A stretch of 64,000 bases of DNA from NCBI GenBank assembly GCA_051294905.1, contig CM119372.1, positions 3,970,001 through 4,034,000 of the forward strand, given 5' to 3'. The stretch is from Botryllus schlosseri (Eukaryota). Shown in pieces: positions 50,891 to 64,000 of this stretch; positions within the stretch are counted from its first letter, which is position 1, and each line of letters opens with the position of its first letter. The notes beneath the pieces were generated by a model. That model did no database searches. It worked only from the letters and a program-made list of their open reading frames with translations, and had not been told where the DNA came from. The position numbers and the translations under genes were made by a program.

Positions 50891-52218
50891 CAGACCTGGG
50901 CAAACTGCGGCCCCCGGGCCACATGCGACCCACGACGCGATTTGGAGCAAGTTGCTAGGAATTTAGAACACGCGGCATACTTTTATATGTTAAATGGGAA
51001 CTAAAACGATAGGCTGTATAAACTGAACCGGAAATATGTTTACATGCAGCGCGTTTGTTTATGTACCGTGTGTAAGTGACCTACTTACAGGATATTCTCT
51101 TACTGATGATCATCTGTCAGCTCTGCGTCGCATCTCAACTTCAAACATTCAACCTAACATTGGTGCGCTCGTTGAAGCCCAGCAGACGCTACATTGCTCT
51201 CACTAAGCACGCCAACATATTAGTTCATTTTACTTTTCGTCTGCACAACGTGGCCGTTTGACAATCATAATCTGACATATTTTGGTCGTTATTAGGACAA
51301 GGTTTTGTTGCTGTCAAATCCGTGGAAAGCTGCACTTATTTTTCACAAAAGTTGCAGTAAAAAGTTGCTAATTATTTTTCACAAAAGTTGCATTTATGGA
51401 CAAGTTCCTTGAAATTATTAGGGTATGAGATATCCCACTTGAATTACTCCGTATCCAAGGCACTGTAGCAAATCTCAATGCTGGCAAATTCAACACAATC
51501 AATATCCTGAAAATAATGACCCACTGAAAATATAATTTTCGGCGGTCTAGCCTGAATGTACGTCAAATTAGAAATGACCCCGACAGTGAAATAATCAAGC
51601 GATCTATTTACATATGGTACCAAATACTTCCAGTAAAACGTTAGTTGCATAAAAAATCGGAAAAAAACTTGCAAAAAGTTGCATGAAAAATCGAAAAGAG
51701 TTGCAAAAAGTTGCAGGAAATATCGATAAAGCTGCAAAAGTTGTATGAAAAATTGAAGAAAAGTTGCAAGAAGTTGCGATATAAGATTCCTCCAAACAGC
51801 CTTAAACACCATACTACATAACTTCTGAGAATCTATAGGAAGCTGCTGGAAGTTGTAAAAAAAGTTGTAAAAGTTGCTAATATACTTGCTCTAGATTCGA
51901 AATACATCCTGGTGTTCAATAGAAAGAGGTGTCAGGGGGATAGTGTGATTAACAAAGAATTTGAAACGGTTCATGCTTATCACTTTGTGATTTTGTAATG
52001 ACACTGCATAAATATTATTTCTAAATTAACCCACACTTTCTTATTACTTTAACACGTCAAGTTAGTCGCTTGCCTTGAAAAGTCATTTACCACTTCCAAT
52101 TTGAAAAGATATATAACTAATACACCGCAGAAAATAGCTTAATTTTCGGCTCGGCCGCCAAAGTAATTTTTGCTTCTCAACTGACGGCCCGCCTGGAAAA
52201 AATAATTGCCCACTCCTC
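50891..52218. mobile_element. Degraded hAT-type MITE containing AAAAGTTGC repeats
   Basis: TSD TCTAACAT; degenerate TIR CAGACCTGGGCAA / TTGCCCACTCCTC. Confidence 0.6.
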
Positions 52219-52757
52219 TCTAACATAACGCAACTTTATCAATATGAGCTTAATCGGGCCTCTCGGGAAAATGTTTGGATACCTTACTGCAGATATTTGC
52301 TAGAGAGGCCTACCCAATGCCTCAATGCTGAATCCGAAACCGCTTCACCGTGCCACGCTTACCGTCTTTATAGCACATATTCTTTAATATTATCGGTATG
52401 TCGCGGGTTCTATCCCCGGCCGGACCAGACCAAAGACCTGATTAGTAACACTGGTATCCGTGACTTGTCGACTTGGTGCTTAGCATCACCATCATGCAGG
52501 TTAGCATGGAGGCCATTGGAGGGGTGGTGCAAGACTTAGAAAGCCTTACGAGCCTATATGTCTGCCTCTTTCTTCTCCAGCGGCATAGGCACACCATCAT
52601 GGACTCATGGACTCATGGTATGCATATTGCATATGCAATGCACAGATCGTGTTTATCTGTATCATCTTATAGTATATGCCGCAGAACATCAAGAACAAAA
52701 ATTTACTAATAATATTGACGGACAGTTGGTCACGAAATTATACTAATTAATTAATAC

Positions 52758-53030
52758 TAATACTAGTCAGCCTTCAGGATTACCGGACCACGACCTAACA
52801 TCGATCTCGCCTTCCGCCACATGCCACCTCATTTTGTCGCTTGCCTTCTGCTTTACTTTTCGTTTAGTGTGCAATGTGCATGCCTCTTCTTTACTTTGCC
52901 TAGGCTAAGGTGGATGTCTGATCTCAAAGACTACTACAAGTCGTTTCGACACCTATTCCCATCTTTTCATTGTATCGCAGTTTTGTGGTGTTTTGAAATG
53001 ATGAGAATATTAATAAACTGATACTGATGA
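52758..53030 (+). mobile_element. Probable LINE 3'-end fragment (inverted homolog at ~60897-61170)
   Basis: Two similar copies, both ending in AATAAA followed by a TGAT-type tail. Confidence 0.55.
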
Positions 53031-53282
53031 AAATATTCCACTTACTGATATTGACTCGTATCTAGCAGTCGAGATACGACTACGTGTAGCACGCCATTGC
53101 TTACAACTCGTATACTAAGGGCATTCTAAAAATGCAAAAATATATATAGCATAATGGCGACTTTTAGGGATTGAAACTTGAAATTGCGACCACCGGATGC
53201 AGCATCGGCGAACGGTACAATGAAAATACAACGAATACCACGAAAATAGCGCAAAACACATGAAGCGACGTCGGTATACTAC

Positions 53283-54288
53283 TAGGGATGGTGGGAACGA
53301 GAGGTTCAAGTTCGCGTTCTGTGTGAACCTCCGAAATTTAGAGATTCGCATTCACAAACAAACCTTGGTGGGTTCTGCACTATGAAACTTTTTCATAGAT
53401 TACCATTTTTCACGTCATAACATCGTCGGTTGAAATTCTTTGCATTTCAACTTCGTACCGCTCTACTATGCATGGCGCTGGCAACATAAAAGAAGTCAAC
53501 ACCAAAGGGGCATGCACCTTGCCAATCTCAAAAATTTCCATTGCTTTGTTACAAAAGTTTGCTCAAAATATCCAGCTTTCCGTTTTTGAATTTTTGGTGA
53601 CTCTCTGCTGTGCCAGCTTGACCCGCACATGAGCGAAATACGCTCATACATACGCGTAGTCAGCGAATGATGCTTATTCAACCAATCAATAAAATTGATA
53701 TCGTTGTCTGATGTAAAAAATCTAGCAGGCGTACTGGCGGTTCAATCTTGATTTCATATGTTTATCATATCATAAAAACCCAATGCGTGCGATTGGGGTG
53801 TCATGGTTACTGCTGTATAACTTGTTAATGGGGTAGTATCGGTAGCAAGTATATATAAATCCGTTTACACTCTGCTCAATATCAACGTAGCAATACTCAG
53901 GCGCCGAATACATTGTCCGGTCTGGCCTAGGCCGTTAAGGCGCAAGCTTATGTTCTCTTGCAATTCCTCGTCGAAATTGTTGGCAAAGCGACGAAAGATA
54001 TTGATTTTATGGGATTATTGTATCATTTGATTGCCCCGGTTGATACATTTGGCGAGGTCTAAAACCTCAATATGTACTTCAGAATTGTGGCATTATGTGG
54101 CCCGAGTCGTCGCTACGTATCGTTTACGTACGTTAATATACGCTCTCACTTCACTGAAATGAAGGGTTGGAATTAGCAATATGACGTCACGTGACGTCAT
54201 GAGGTTCACGTTCGCTTTCACACAGAACCTTTCAAAAATGTTCGCGTTCACACGAACCTGAACTTGTCAGAGGTTCACAACATCCCTA
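53283..54288 (-). mobile_element. hAT-type MITE family A, inverted copy
   Basis: TAGGGATG...CATCCCTA termini; reverse-complement similarity to 46850-47815; TSD imperfect. Confidence 0.85.
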
Positions 54289-54639
54289 TACTATTACTTA
54301 CAATGCCAAGCGACGCATCCGCAAAAATTGAAACAACAGACCATATGGTGTGGAGTTGCGGACACAAGCAAATCTCACGGCTCAGTGAAATTGGCTAGGC
54401 TACGTCATACTCTAACTACCGCTAAATTGTATTTGCATTGTATTTCGAATTGGTCCATGATACTGTGCCTTATTTTTCTTTTCGTTCGTTAGTTAATATT
54501 ATTTTTTGTTGTTTATTAGTTATTGACTGTGAAAATTGCTCCTGTCCTGGGTGGCTCGGCTCTGAAGACTTTGTCATATCGAGCCTCCCGTTTACCTTGC
54601 ATGCCGCATTTCACTGTTACAGTATTTCTTTAAAATTTA

Positions 54640-56353
54640 TGCAATTGTTTCAATTTTTTCGCGCTGCTCGCGAATTCAAGTAGCCATTCATCTTTATTAT
54701 TGGGTATTGGGCCCTTACCGCGCCACGACCCACCAAGACATACAATCAAGTTTTAGGCCATATAACATGCGACTCCAAGAAATGTGCCAGAACGATCGGC
54801 AGCGAGAAAACCTTGGCCGAAAAGGTCTATGCCCTTATGCTGACCGAAGACTTCGTTATATATACAAAATACATAAAGGTTTAATTGTCCATAGGCGCCT
54901 AAATGACTGGCACCGAATGTTCCTGTCTTTGCAATCTGAACCTCATAAGACAAATGCCATCCCGCTGGGAAAAATTTTATGCCAGTGGAGAAATACCAAT
55001 TTGAAATCGTGTGCGTCTCTTAGTTTAGAAGCCTACGTTTGGGCGATTCTACATTTTTGATATAGCAGACTGGAAGTCACGAAATAACATTATGTAACGA
55101 AGTCATATCGACGGGTCCGCCCGCCCGAAGATGTTTAATTATTATTTACGAGCCCTCCCGTTTTCAAGACACTTCAATCAGCTCTACCGGTAAATCTAAT
55201 TACGTGAGCAGAGAGGACAATAAATTGATAGCATAATATATATGCAATCGCCGATCTGATTGATCGATTTTATCTTAAATTATCGAAAATTTTCGCGCCT
55301 GGCGCTGGCTCACAATACAGTACAGATGATTTCGTGACAAACGCGAACAACGTGATGGAGTGGTCGTTTCATTACCCTATGGGAGCCCAAGACCTACGTT
55401 TTTTTGGGCCTGATGAGGTCTGGGTTGTAATGACTCGAGTCATGACGCGACTCGAGTCAGACTCGAGTCACGACTTTCTGATGACTCGACTTGACTCGAG
55501 TCATTTTCTCAAAATGCGGAAATGACTCGACTCGAGTCGAGTCAATCTGTATATTGACACGACTTGGACTCGAGTCATTGCGCATGACTCGAACCAAGTC
55601 ATATGACTCGAGACTCAGACGGCCAAGACCAACATTCCATTGTAATTTCGAAGAATAGTAAAGTAACCACCCTATTTCGGCTTCGCCAATTGGTACTGGC
55701 ACTTGAATGCGACCAGAAACTATTAAAAGTGAGGAAAATTAGTATATTAGAAATGCGAACCGTTCGATATCACCAAACAGCGTTATAACAGCGGGTTTAA
55801 CAAGATTTTAACTGAGAACTGAGCAGTCAACACAATGACTTGGACTCGGACTCGAGTCATTATCCCATGACTGGTACTCGAACCTCTGCTCGACGACTTG
55901 GACTCGGACTTGACTCGGAGTCTTGTGACTTGGTTACAACCCTGGATGAGGTGCTGTTTCGTTCCTGCTAACGGGTATACGCCCGAAGATGTTTTAATTG
56001 TTATTGAGTGGTCCTACCTTTTCAAACACACCTCACTCAGCTCTACCGGCAAATCTGATTACGTGAGCAGAGAGTAGATAAAAATTGATAACAATATACA
56101 TGCAATTCCCGATCATACTGACCGATTCAGTCATGAATTCTAGAAATTTCCCGCGCTTCGCGCGCTTAGGCGACAAAAGCTGATAAACTAAACAAACTCC
56201 CAACGAAACAGGCTATCGCCTAGTGGGAAACAGGCTATCGCCGAAGGGAGGTCTGGGGGGTGAAGCCCCCCAGAAGTTCGGTCTATAACCCTATGGGGGG
56301 CCCAAGACCAAAGTTTTTTTGGGGGGGCCTGACGAAGTGCTGTTACGGCCCTG
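54640..56353 (-). mobile_element. Family B element, inverted copy with nested MITE
   Basis: Reverse-complement similarity to 9788-10970; terminus GTTACGGCCCTG at 56342-56353; left boundary approximate. Confidence 0.85.
55420..55944. mobile_element. hAT-type MITE with GACTCGAGTC repeats
   Basis: TIR C(T/A)GGGTTGTAA; exact TSD GATGAGGT; absent from the copy at 9788-11070. Confidence 0.9.
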
Positions 56354-56680
56354 CTGTGGGTGCAGACTAGATGACCTTACTATAAAGGCCGTATCGCATC
56401 TCCGTCGTCAAAGCATCTCGATGGTGCAGGCGAAAAAGAATACCATCTCTCTCTCTCTCTCTCTCTACCGGTAAATCTGATTACGTGAGCAGAGAGGCCA
56501 AGAATTTGATAGCAATATATTTATTATATAATATGCCCTTACGGGAGGCTGACGAAGTGCTGTTTCGTTCCAGCCAACGGGTAGGCCTATATACGCCCGA
56601 AGATGTTTAATTAATTTTGGGGGGTAGGCCTACTATCTTTTCAAACACACCCAGCCCCAAGAAGTTCGGTTTATCATGGG

Positions 56681-57463
56681 AGAGAGAGTCTTTATTTTCA
56701 TCAAACCAAAATACATAACACACGGCAGTGGTGGTGGTGGTACAGAAAATATGCATGCACAGTATTCGGTATTAGACAGGAATGATCGATAAGACCGTGA
56801 AGATCATCTAGTCTGATCACACCAGCATCAAACAGGTACACTTGACTCTAGACAGTCTGGCTGTAAAAAATGTTACAGTAGTTTAAAAAAATAAAATAGA
56901 AGAAAAATTAAACGATGGTAGCAAATGATCAATGAAGCAATGTCTGGGCGAGGTAGGGCAACAGTGTTAGTGTAACGATAGAGGTGATCAAGTAGGGCTT
57001 TTTTGAATCTATTATAGGGCAATTCACGGATATGTGGTGGTAATGCATTCCAGATGATAGGTCCCGAGTAGTCGATGGACCTCTTAGTTAAGTTGCTATT
57101 GGGTGGGGGTAGGTAGATATTTCCTTTAGACGAGGATCTCGTGTAATGGGAGCGGACATTTTTAGCAGGCATGAAAAAGTCATCAAACACAGGAGGCAAA
57201 CTATTGGAAAAATATTTGTGAATGACTTTTGATACTTCGAAGCGATAGAGGTCGTCAACTTGCAAAATTCGGTGCTTACGGTAGTAAGGCGATAGTTTGG
57301 TACGTAAAGGTACAGATGAGATCAGCCGTATCGCACGGTTTTGCAGGGTTCGAATTCTGCACAGAAATGTTTTGCATGCACTTCCCCATACTACGATTCC
57401 ATATTGCAGGTGAGAGTGGAAGAGAAGAGAAAAATATATGGTTCGTAGTATTGATCTGGAAAC
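56681..57463 (-). mobile_element. 5'-truncated LINE (CR1/L2 group, Crack/Daphne-like): ORF2 C-terminus plus 3' UTR
   Basis: IYFSL.HSHLQYGIVVWG..LQNRAIRLI..HYTRS..YSGPIIWNALP..FKKAL motifs; ends AATAAAGACTCTCTCT; interrupts a partial family B copy ending at 57530. Confidence 0.85.
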
Positions 57464-57984
57464 CCAAGGGAGGCCCAAGACCAACGTTTTTTTTTCTTCT
57501 GGGGGCTGACGAAGTGCTGTTACGGCCCTGGCAATGCATTTTCTGATCATTTGGTAGTTGTTATTCGTTGACGCCGTACTTGGTCGCTTTCGACTCCGAG
57601 GTTCCACTGGGATATTTCGGAAAAACGCAGATGTGGAGGCGAAATAAACCCAGATCCTATATTTCACTCAAAAGACACGAGATAGCTGTGAAAGTGGAGC
57701 CTGATAGTCGTCGAATACACTCATACAGTCATTGAAGCCTTTGATATTGAATTTACAACAGTTCATAATACACATTTTGCTTGGTTAACACTACTGCGAA
57801 TCGCACAAAAAAAACACGTTGTTTTCCTCTCGACACATCGCAATGAAACAATAATTGGGGCGCAGCGTGAATACTTAATAGTGTACCGGTCCGGTACTAA
57901 TTACTAGGGATGGTGTGAACGTGAGGTTCACGTTCGCGTTCTGTGTGTGAACCTCGGAAATTTAGAGGTTCGCGTTCACAACAG

Positions 57985-58552
57985 TGCCACGGAAGATGAG
58001 TTCGAACAACGTCAAAGTCAAGTGATTTCACGCTGCCATTCGGACTGTCCAAAGTTGATTCCATACCTTCAGAAACGAATGTTCAATTTGCTAAAAAACA
58101 AAGTTTGGAAAACTGGCAAGATATCTCCCGGAAACGCATATTGGACAAATAACAACAACGAAAGTATGAACCATGTATTTAAACGACTTACTGGTTGGAA
58201 ACTTGAAAAGATTCCAGAACTGATTGACACCTTGCACACGGCAGTTTCGACGCAATATGTTGATGCTCGGAGAAGCATAACTAATACTGGGCCCTGTCGT
58301 ATGATCGGTTGCTGCGATAAATTTCTTGTCCCGCAGTGGGATTGGAGCGTTTTGCCCGATGAGCAACAGGAAAAGATTTACCATGATTTCCTGAAGTACA
58401 TTCCCCGAAAAAATTTGCATGCTGATCAAAAGACGTCTGTTTCGAGCGATTCGAAGATGATCACAAGAACTCCACCAAAACGTAGTGGAAGTAAGCCTGG
58501 CCAATATCCCAGATCAGCCATCAAGCAAAAAACGAAGAAAAAACACTCGTGA
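57985..58552 (+). pseudogene. C-terminal fragment of a MULE/Mutator-like transposase
   Basis: WTNNNNESMNHVFK matches the TNNxxESxN motif around the MULE catalytic Glu; basic C-terminal tail; 5' truncated at the MITE junction. Confidence 0.65.
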
Positions 58553-61500
58553 TCGTGATCATTGATTGTTGTTAGTTGCTGTACAGACACAGCTACCACT
58601 TGATGTGTGTTGTTGAATAAAATCAGTTTCGTTTGGCTATATGGAATTGTATTATTTTTGAACAAGCTAGGGGTTCGTATAAAACAGGGCTAGTTCTAGT
58701 TCTATAGTGCGCTTTTTGAAAATCCAGTAGTTTATACAAGTCTGATGGCAACAAAGAAGGTTTGTCACTACAGGGCACTTATAGCTACACTGACTTCATT
58801 TTAAATCTGGATTACTCATACGACGCACGTTGGCCATTTATATATGAATTTCGTCAATAATATTGATATAGTTGCACATTTTATATCATACATTTATCGT
58901 TTCTCCAACCATTTGATCGATTTACAGATAGAGCTTATGGGAGGGGTGTCTTTGAACATTTAGCGCAAGTAATTGATATAATGATGAATCGGGTGGGCGC
59001 AGCATTGTTATCACTTTGTTGCAAGTTGTTATTACTTGACCTCCCATCAGGTTTGTCACAAAAGTCAAAATATATTGGAATTCTCTAAACGTACGAAAAA
59101 AATTGTGAGACACACACGATTCCAAAAGTCTTTTTTTTAATTAAAGAAAAATTTGGCACTTACCACCTGTTGGTCTTTTACTCCACGGACAATAATGGCG
59201 TAAGTAGAAATGAAAAGCAGTCAATGATGGCGTACGTCTTGGTTAGAAAGACATAATACCGTTCAAAATCGCGTCGCGGGCCACATTTGGCGCAATCTCG
59301 GCGACGACGAACTATGTTCGCAAATCAAAATATCGAAGTGATTATATTGGAATCTGCTTTGTATATGACAGCGATTTCAAGTTTCAAGTCAGCCCTTTCT
59401 TATCTTTTGATAACTCGAGCCTTGACACACATCTTCTGAACGTTATGTTTTAGCATTAGCGGATATATCAATTAGGCTAGGCCTACGCCAATTACGGTTT
59501 GAGGCGAACCGCGCAGATTCGATGTTATTCAGTTTCAAGATGTCACTCAACTTATTCAACGGTAGAGTTGATGGAGAGGGCAAGTGAATGACGTGTCCAC
59601 GGCCGCACAAATTTCCTTCTATGGTAGGGTTACCATATTTCAGAAACCCCAATTCCGGACACTCTTTAGCGCCCACTAGTGAGTTATGACGTCACACTAG
59701 CAAAGCTTTGATCAGAGACCAGAGGTGCTGGTCACGATCCGGTTCAGGAGCGTGAGGCTGTGTGTTGTGTAACCGGGACCGAAAGCACATGTTTACAGCC
59801 TCCTCCCGCCCAAATATACAATGATTTTGAGCCCACACTATAGGGTAATCGATGCAACTTCTGGGGGGGGGGGGGGGGGGGTACTTGCTATATGAATCTG
59901 TTTCATATATGCATCTGGTCGTTAAATTATTTGAATGAATTATACGTCGTTCCATATATTAATATATAGCTATACTGCTCTCCGCCCACATGATCAGAGT
60001 TAGCGTTAGAGCTGGTGGAGAATGATGAGTTCGAAAACACAGGGAGCGTAATTGCACATGGTTAAGTCACGTTCATGTCCTACCTATAAGATTATTTATC
60101 AGCCTTATGCCGGTGCGCACCACGGAGCTTTATAAACACCCAACATCCAGTGGTTACAACCTTTTCATGGTCGCGACTCCATCTCCAATTTGAAAATGTT
60201 CCGTGGCCCTGATCAAAATTTAACGACCCGATTACTAAAAGAAGTCAGCACCTTTGCCCAGACTTACTCACGGGCTATTTTGGAAGCTGATTACATTCAA
60301 CATATTCGCAAACCTTAGAATAAAGGCAGACGCCCCCCTCCGTTTGAGACCACTATCTTTGAATAAAGCGTTTAAACGGTTTTAACGATCTCTAGGAATA
60401 TACCGTTCTCCTATAATTGCGGTTACAATTAGGCTTATTCCAGTAAATGAAGGTTGTTTTTATTTGTATTTTATTGCAGTTTTTGCGAGGGTGGTAGTTT
60501 CCATATTAAAATTAATGAATGTGATAGTAAATCGCGCGCAGCGCAAAGAAAAATATCATGCATGAGCATAAATATTCCCAAAAAATATTGTTTTTATGCT
60601 GATTTACGAAAAAATTAGGAACCTACGTCAAGTCTTCAAAATTCCGGACATTTGGCATATTTTAGAAATTCCTCCCGGACGATAGTTTGAACAGTGAAAT
60701 TCCGGACATGTCCGGGAAATTCCGGACGTATGGCAACCCTATTCTTATGGCCGCTGGTTGGCCACCCCTGGTTTACACGAATGGAAATTTCAAATTAAGT
60801 AGGCCTACCTTGCCAAGTGAATAGTATATTGATATTGAAATGAACCCGAATATTTTCAGCTGACACTCGTCATTTTGATAAAAGTCGGCCTCTACCGTCA
60901 ATCAATCAGGTTTATTATTATTTTCATCGTTTCAAAACATCACAAGACTGCGATACAATGAAAAGATAGGAAGGTGTCGAAACAACTTGGATTAGCCATT
61001 AAGATCAGACACCCACCTTAGCCTAGGCGAAGTAAATAAGAGGCATGCACACTGAATGAAAAGTAATGCAGAGAATATAAGACGCAAGCGACAAAATGGG
61101 GTGGCATGTGGCGGAGGGCGAGGTCGATGTTAGGTCGTGGTCCGGTAATCCTGAAGACTGACTAGTATTGATTTAGAAGAAATTGCTTGTATTTCGACTT
61201 GAATGCGTTTCAACCGTCAACACGAAATCTTTCGTCTTTTCGCGCTCACAACAGGCAAATGCCATAAACATTTGTTAGATAATCTTGCTTGCTCGAAAAT
61301 GATCGAGGTGACAGGTTTCTTGTCTTCGGGAGACGCAGTCCACACTTCATTTGGGGGCCTTGGAGTCAAATGATAAGTTCACAGACAGAGCACTATCTGA
61401 CACCAATGGAATGCGAAATGGTGTACTTTTTTGCCAGCGTACCCACGCCCGGTCGTGTATTTTCCTCGCGAATCCTACACTGGAATGTATAAAGACTTCG

Positions 61501-61734
61501 ACGTTCATTCAATTCAACGTAGGCATAATAATATAAATAATATGATTAGTTATAAATAATTTGCGTTTGTGGCCATGCAATCTTCAGGTCTTCCCGTCAA
61601 GAATCGCGTAGTATGTAGCGAGATAGTCGAAGTGCTTGAGTAGCCGAGTTCAGGTCAAGTCAATACCAATAAGATTGATTCAAGTCGAGTCACCAAAAAT
61701 CCTGTCATTACATTACCCTAGTTTCGGCCCCCGA

Positions 61735-61920
61735 GCGGCATCGTCGGCAATGTCGGAATTGTCGGCAATGGCGGCATTGTCGGCAATGTCGGCATTGGCG
61801 ACATTGGTGACATAGCCGACATTGGTGACATTGGTGACATTGGCGACATTGGCGACATTGACAAAATAGATAGACGTCGACATTGGCGACATTGGTGACA
61901 TTGGTGACATTGGCGACATG
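61735..61920. repeat. 9-bp repeat array (GGCAATGTC / GACATTGGY)
   Basis: Repeated 9-mers in both orientations seen directly. Confidence 0.88.
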
Positions 61921-63035
61921 TACAAATCAACGACACCCCAACAGAACCTTGGTAGGTTCTGCACTGTGAACCTTTTTCATATATTACAATTTTCACTTCA
62001 TTATAACATCTTTGGTTCATATTTATTGCATTTCAACTGCGGGCCACTCTATGCATGGCGCTGGCAGCTATAAAAATTAACACTAAACGAGCATGCACCT
62101 TGACACCTCTCAAAAGTTTTACTTGCTTTGTTACAAAAGTTTGCTCGAAATATCCAGCTTTCCGTTTGTGAATATGTAGTGACTCTCTGCTATGAGTTTG
62201 ACCCGCAATCACACAACATCACGAGCGAAATACGTAGTCAGCGAATGATGCTTATTCAATCAATCAATGAGATTGATATCGTTTTCTCGTGCAAAAAATC
62301 TAGCTGGCGTACGGGGTCAATCTTGACTTCATATCTTTACTCAGTTTACTGCATTAAAACCAAATCCTTGCGATTGAGATGTTGGCTACTGCTGCATAAC
62401 TTATAAATGGGGTAATATTGGTAGCAAGTATAGAAAGTAGAAACCCGCTTTACACTCTGCTCAATATCAATGTAGCGATACTCAGACGCCGAATACATTG
62501 TCCGGTCTGGCCTATATTCCCTGGTAAGTCCTCGTTGAAATTGTTGGCAAAGCGACGGAAGATATTGATTTGATAGGAGTATTATATCCTTTGATTGCCT
62601 CAGTTGATATACGTTTAGCGATGTTTAAAACGCCAACATGGAGTTCGATGTGGCCCGAGTCGTCGCTAGGTATCGTGTACATTAATACAGGCTATCACTT
62701 CATTGAAAGATAGGCTTGGAATTAGCAATATGACGTCACGTGACGTCATGAGGTTCATGTTCGTGTTCACACAGAACCTTTCAAAAAGGTTCGCGTTCAC
62801 ACGAACCTGAACCTTTCAGAGGTTCACACCATCCCTACTAATTACATCATCGCGCTGCGAAAGTTCAATGCAATGCCATCCATTCCCTATTTCTAAGGAT
62901 GATTTCATGTATTTTCAGCGACCTGAACAGATTGAAAGTAGCTTTCGATTGATTAATCCTACGACAATCACTTTTATTTGGAATAATCACAGACCAATGT
63001 ATAGTGGAAATAAATAACTGCCAAATCATGAAATT

Positions 63036-63068
63036 CAGGGTTAGGGTTAGGGACTTAGGGTTAGGGTT
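63036..63068 (+). repeat. Short interstitial TTAGGG telomeric-type repeat
   Basis: TCAGGG TTAGGG TTAGGG AC TTAGGG TTAGGG TT. Confidence 0.75.
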
Positions 63069-64000
63069 CGAATGTGCTGATAACCAATGCCTCTGATTAA
63101 CTTGCTAGGAGTGTCCAATAGGGTTGTCCAAAATTTGGAAAATCTTAAAAATACCCCGTGATTGTGTCTCATTCCATAGATTATTGATAAAAAATAACAA
63201 TGAGCCCAAAAGAAGCTCACGGGATAGCCGTTAAGATTTCAGCCGAAGCGTTTTAAAGTAGCTGCCCAAGAATGGGCGTGCCACTGACCATAGAACGGCG
63301 AGAAGACTAGTAATCAAATAACCACGGCTCCTGATTGGCTAATTGGCTATGCTTCAATGATCACCACAGCAACAACTTGCTGATTATGTGCTCAAGGAGT
63401 CTGCTACCGGTGGGGATTCTGAAATCGCGTTGTTGGTAGGTTGGCAGATGATGATTTAAGATTAATTCAGGACATGTTAAGGTACGAAATACATGATGAA
63501 CAATCAACAGCTGATTCACAAAAACTTCTACAGCATGACTGCTTTGTTGGAAGGAAACGGCTGTAGCCTACATGCCGTGTTTTCATCGAGGGAAAGCAAA
63601 GGCGCTCATGCAAGCGGTAAACGAATTCCCCGTTTGGAAAGGATCCATCATCAGTGAACACAAATATAAAGCTTAACAATGACACGATACCGTAATTTGT
63701 GTGATGTTATTAGGCTCAAGCTGTAATATATAGGTGACGTTTTGAATGATATTGGAATCGGCTGAATCAGCGGGTTATGCTTGGCACTCATCAGATGCTT
63801 ACAGTAAATTGAATTCACTTGTAAGTGTTGCTAAAGTCCCTAATGATAACGCACACTCGCACAGGCTATGCCCAATGTGGTATGTCAAAGTCCCTATTGA
63901 TCCCGCAGAAAATAGGTGTAAAGATAATCACAGACTATACTGCATAGTATCCAGCATAGTTTGGACATGATATCCAGCATTGTGCTTACTTTACACCTCT

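Larger units (their letters stand above)
57905..62837 (-). mobile_element. hAT-type MITE family A expanded to 4.9 kb by a ~3.95-kb internal insert
   Basis: TIR TAGGGATGGTGTGAAC at both ends; exact TSD CTAATTAC (57897-57904, 62838-62845); MITE sequence breaks at ~57984 and resumes at ~61939. Confidence 0.88.

Noticed and set aside
56873..57667. 264-aa ORF as a single gene
   Set aside because: Chimeric: the N-terminus comes from flank and family B sequence, and the rest is a truncated LINE ORF2
61713..62020. ORFs with SPM/NVA repeats
   Set aside because: Translations of a 9-bp DNA repeat running into MITE sequence

Overview
Repeat-dense, AT-rich eukaryotic (animal, probably marine invertebrate; organism not determinable here) genomic window. 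0.6-13.5 kb holds nested DNA transposons: a non-autonomous hAT element (8-bp TSD) containing an apparently intact PIF/Harbinger element (spliced MADF/BESS-like gene plus convergent DDE transposase), followed by a second, degraded Harbinger. 14.8-16.3 kb is a single-ORF gene with three BED zinc fingers and a BTB/POZ domain. A minus-strand 4-EF-hand calmodulin-like gene has exons at 23.5-28.9 kb and a candidate first exon at 44.9 kb. The main feature is a 15.7-kb element at 29148-44862 with Polinton/Maverick-type ends (AGTAGT...ACTACT, 6-bp TSD TACGGC). It is almost entirely one palindrome: 6.2-kb near-identical arms around an 882-bp spacer, with no recognisable Polinton core genes. It appears to lie in the first intron of the EF-hand gene. 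One arm carries a TTAA-flanked piggyBac-like insertion whose family carries a tRNA-like Pol III unit next to one end. The rest is hAT-type MITEs, LINE/SINE fragments and a MULE transposase fragment held inside a MITE. All calls were read by eye; no database searches were run.
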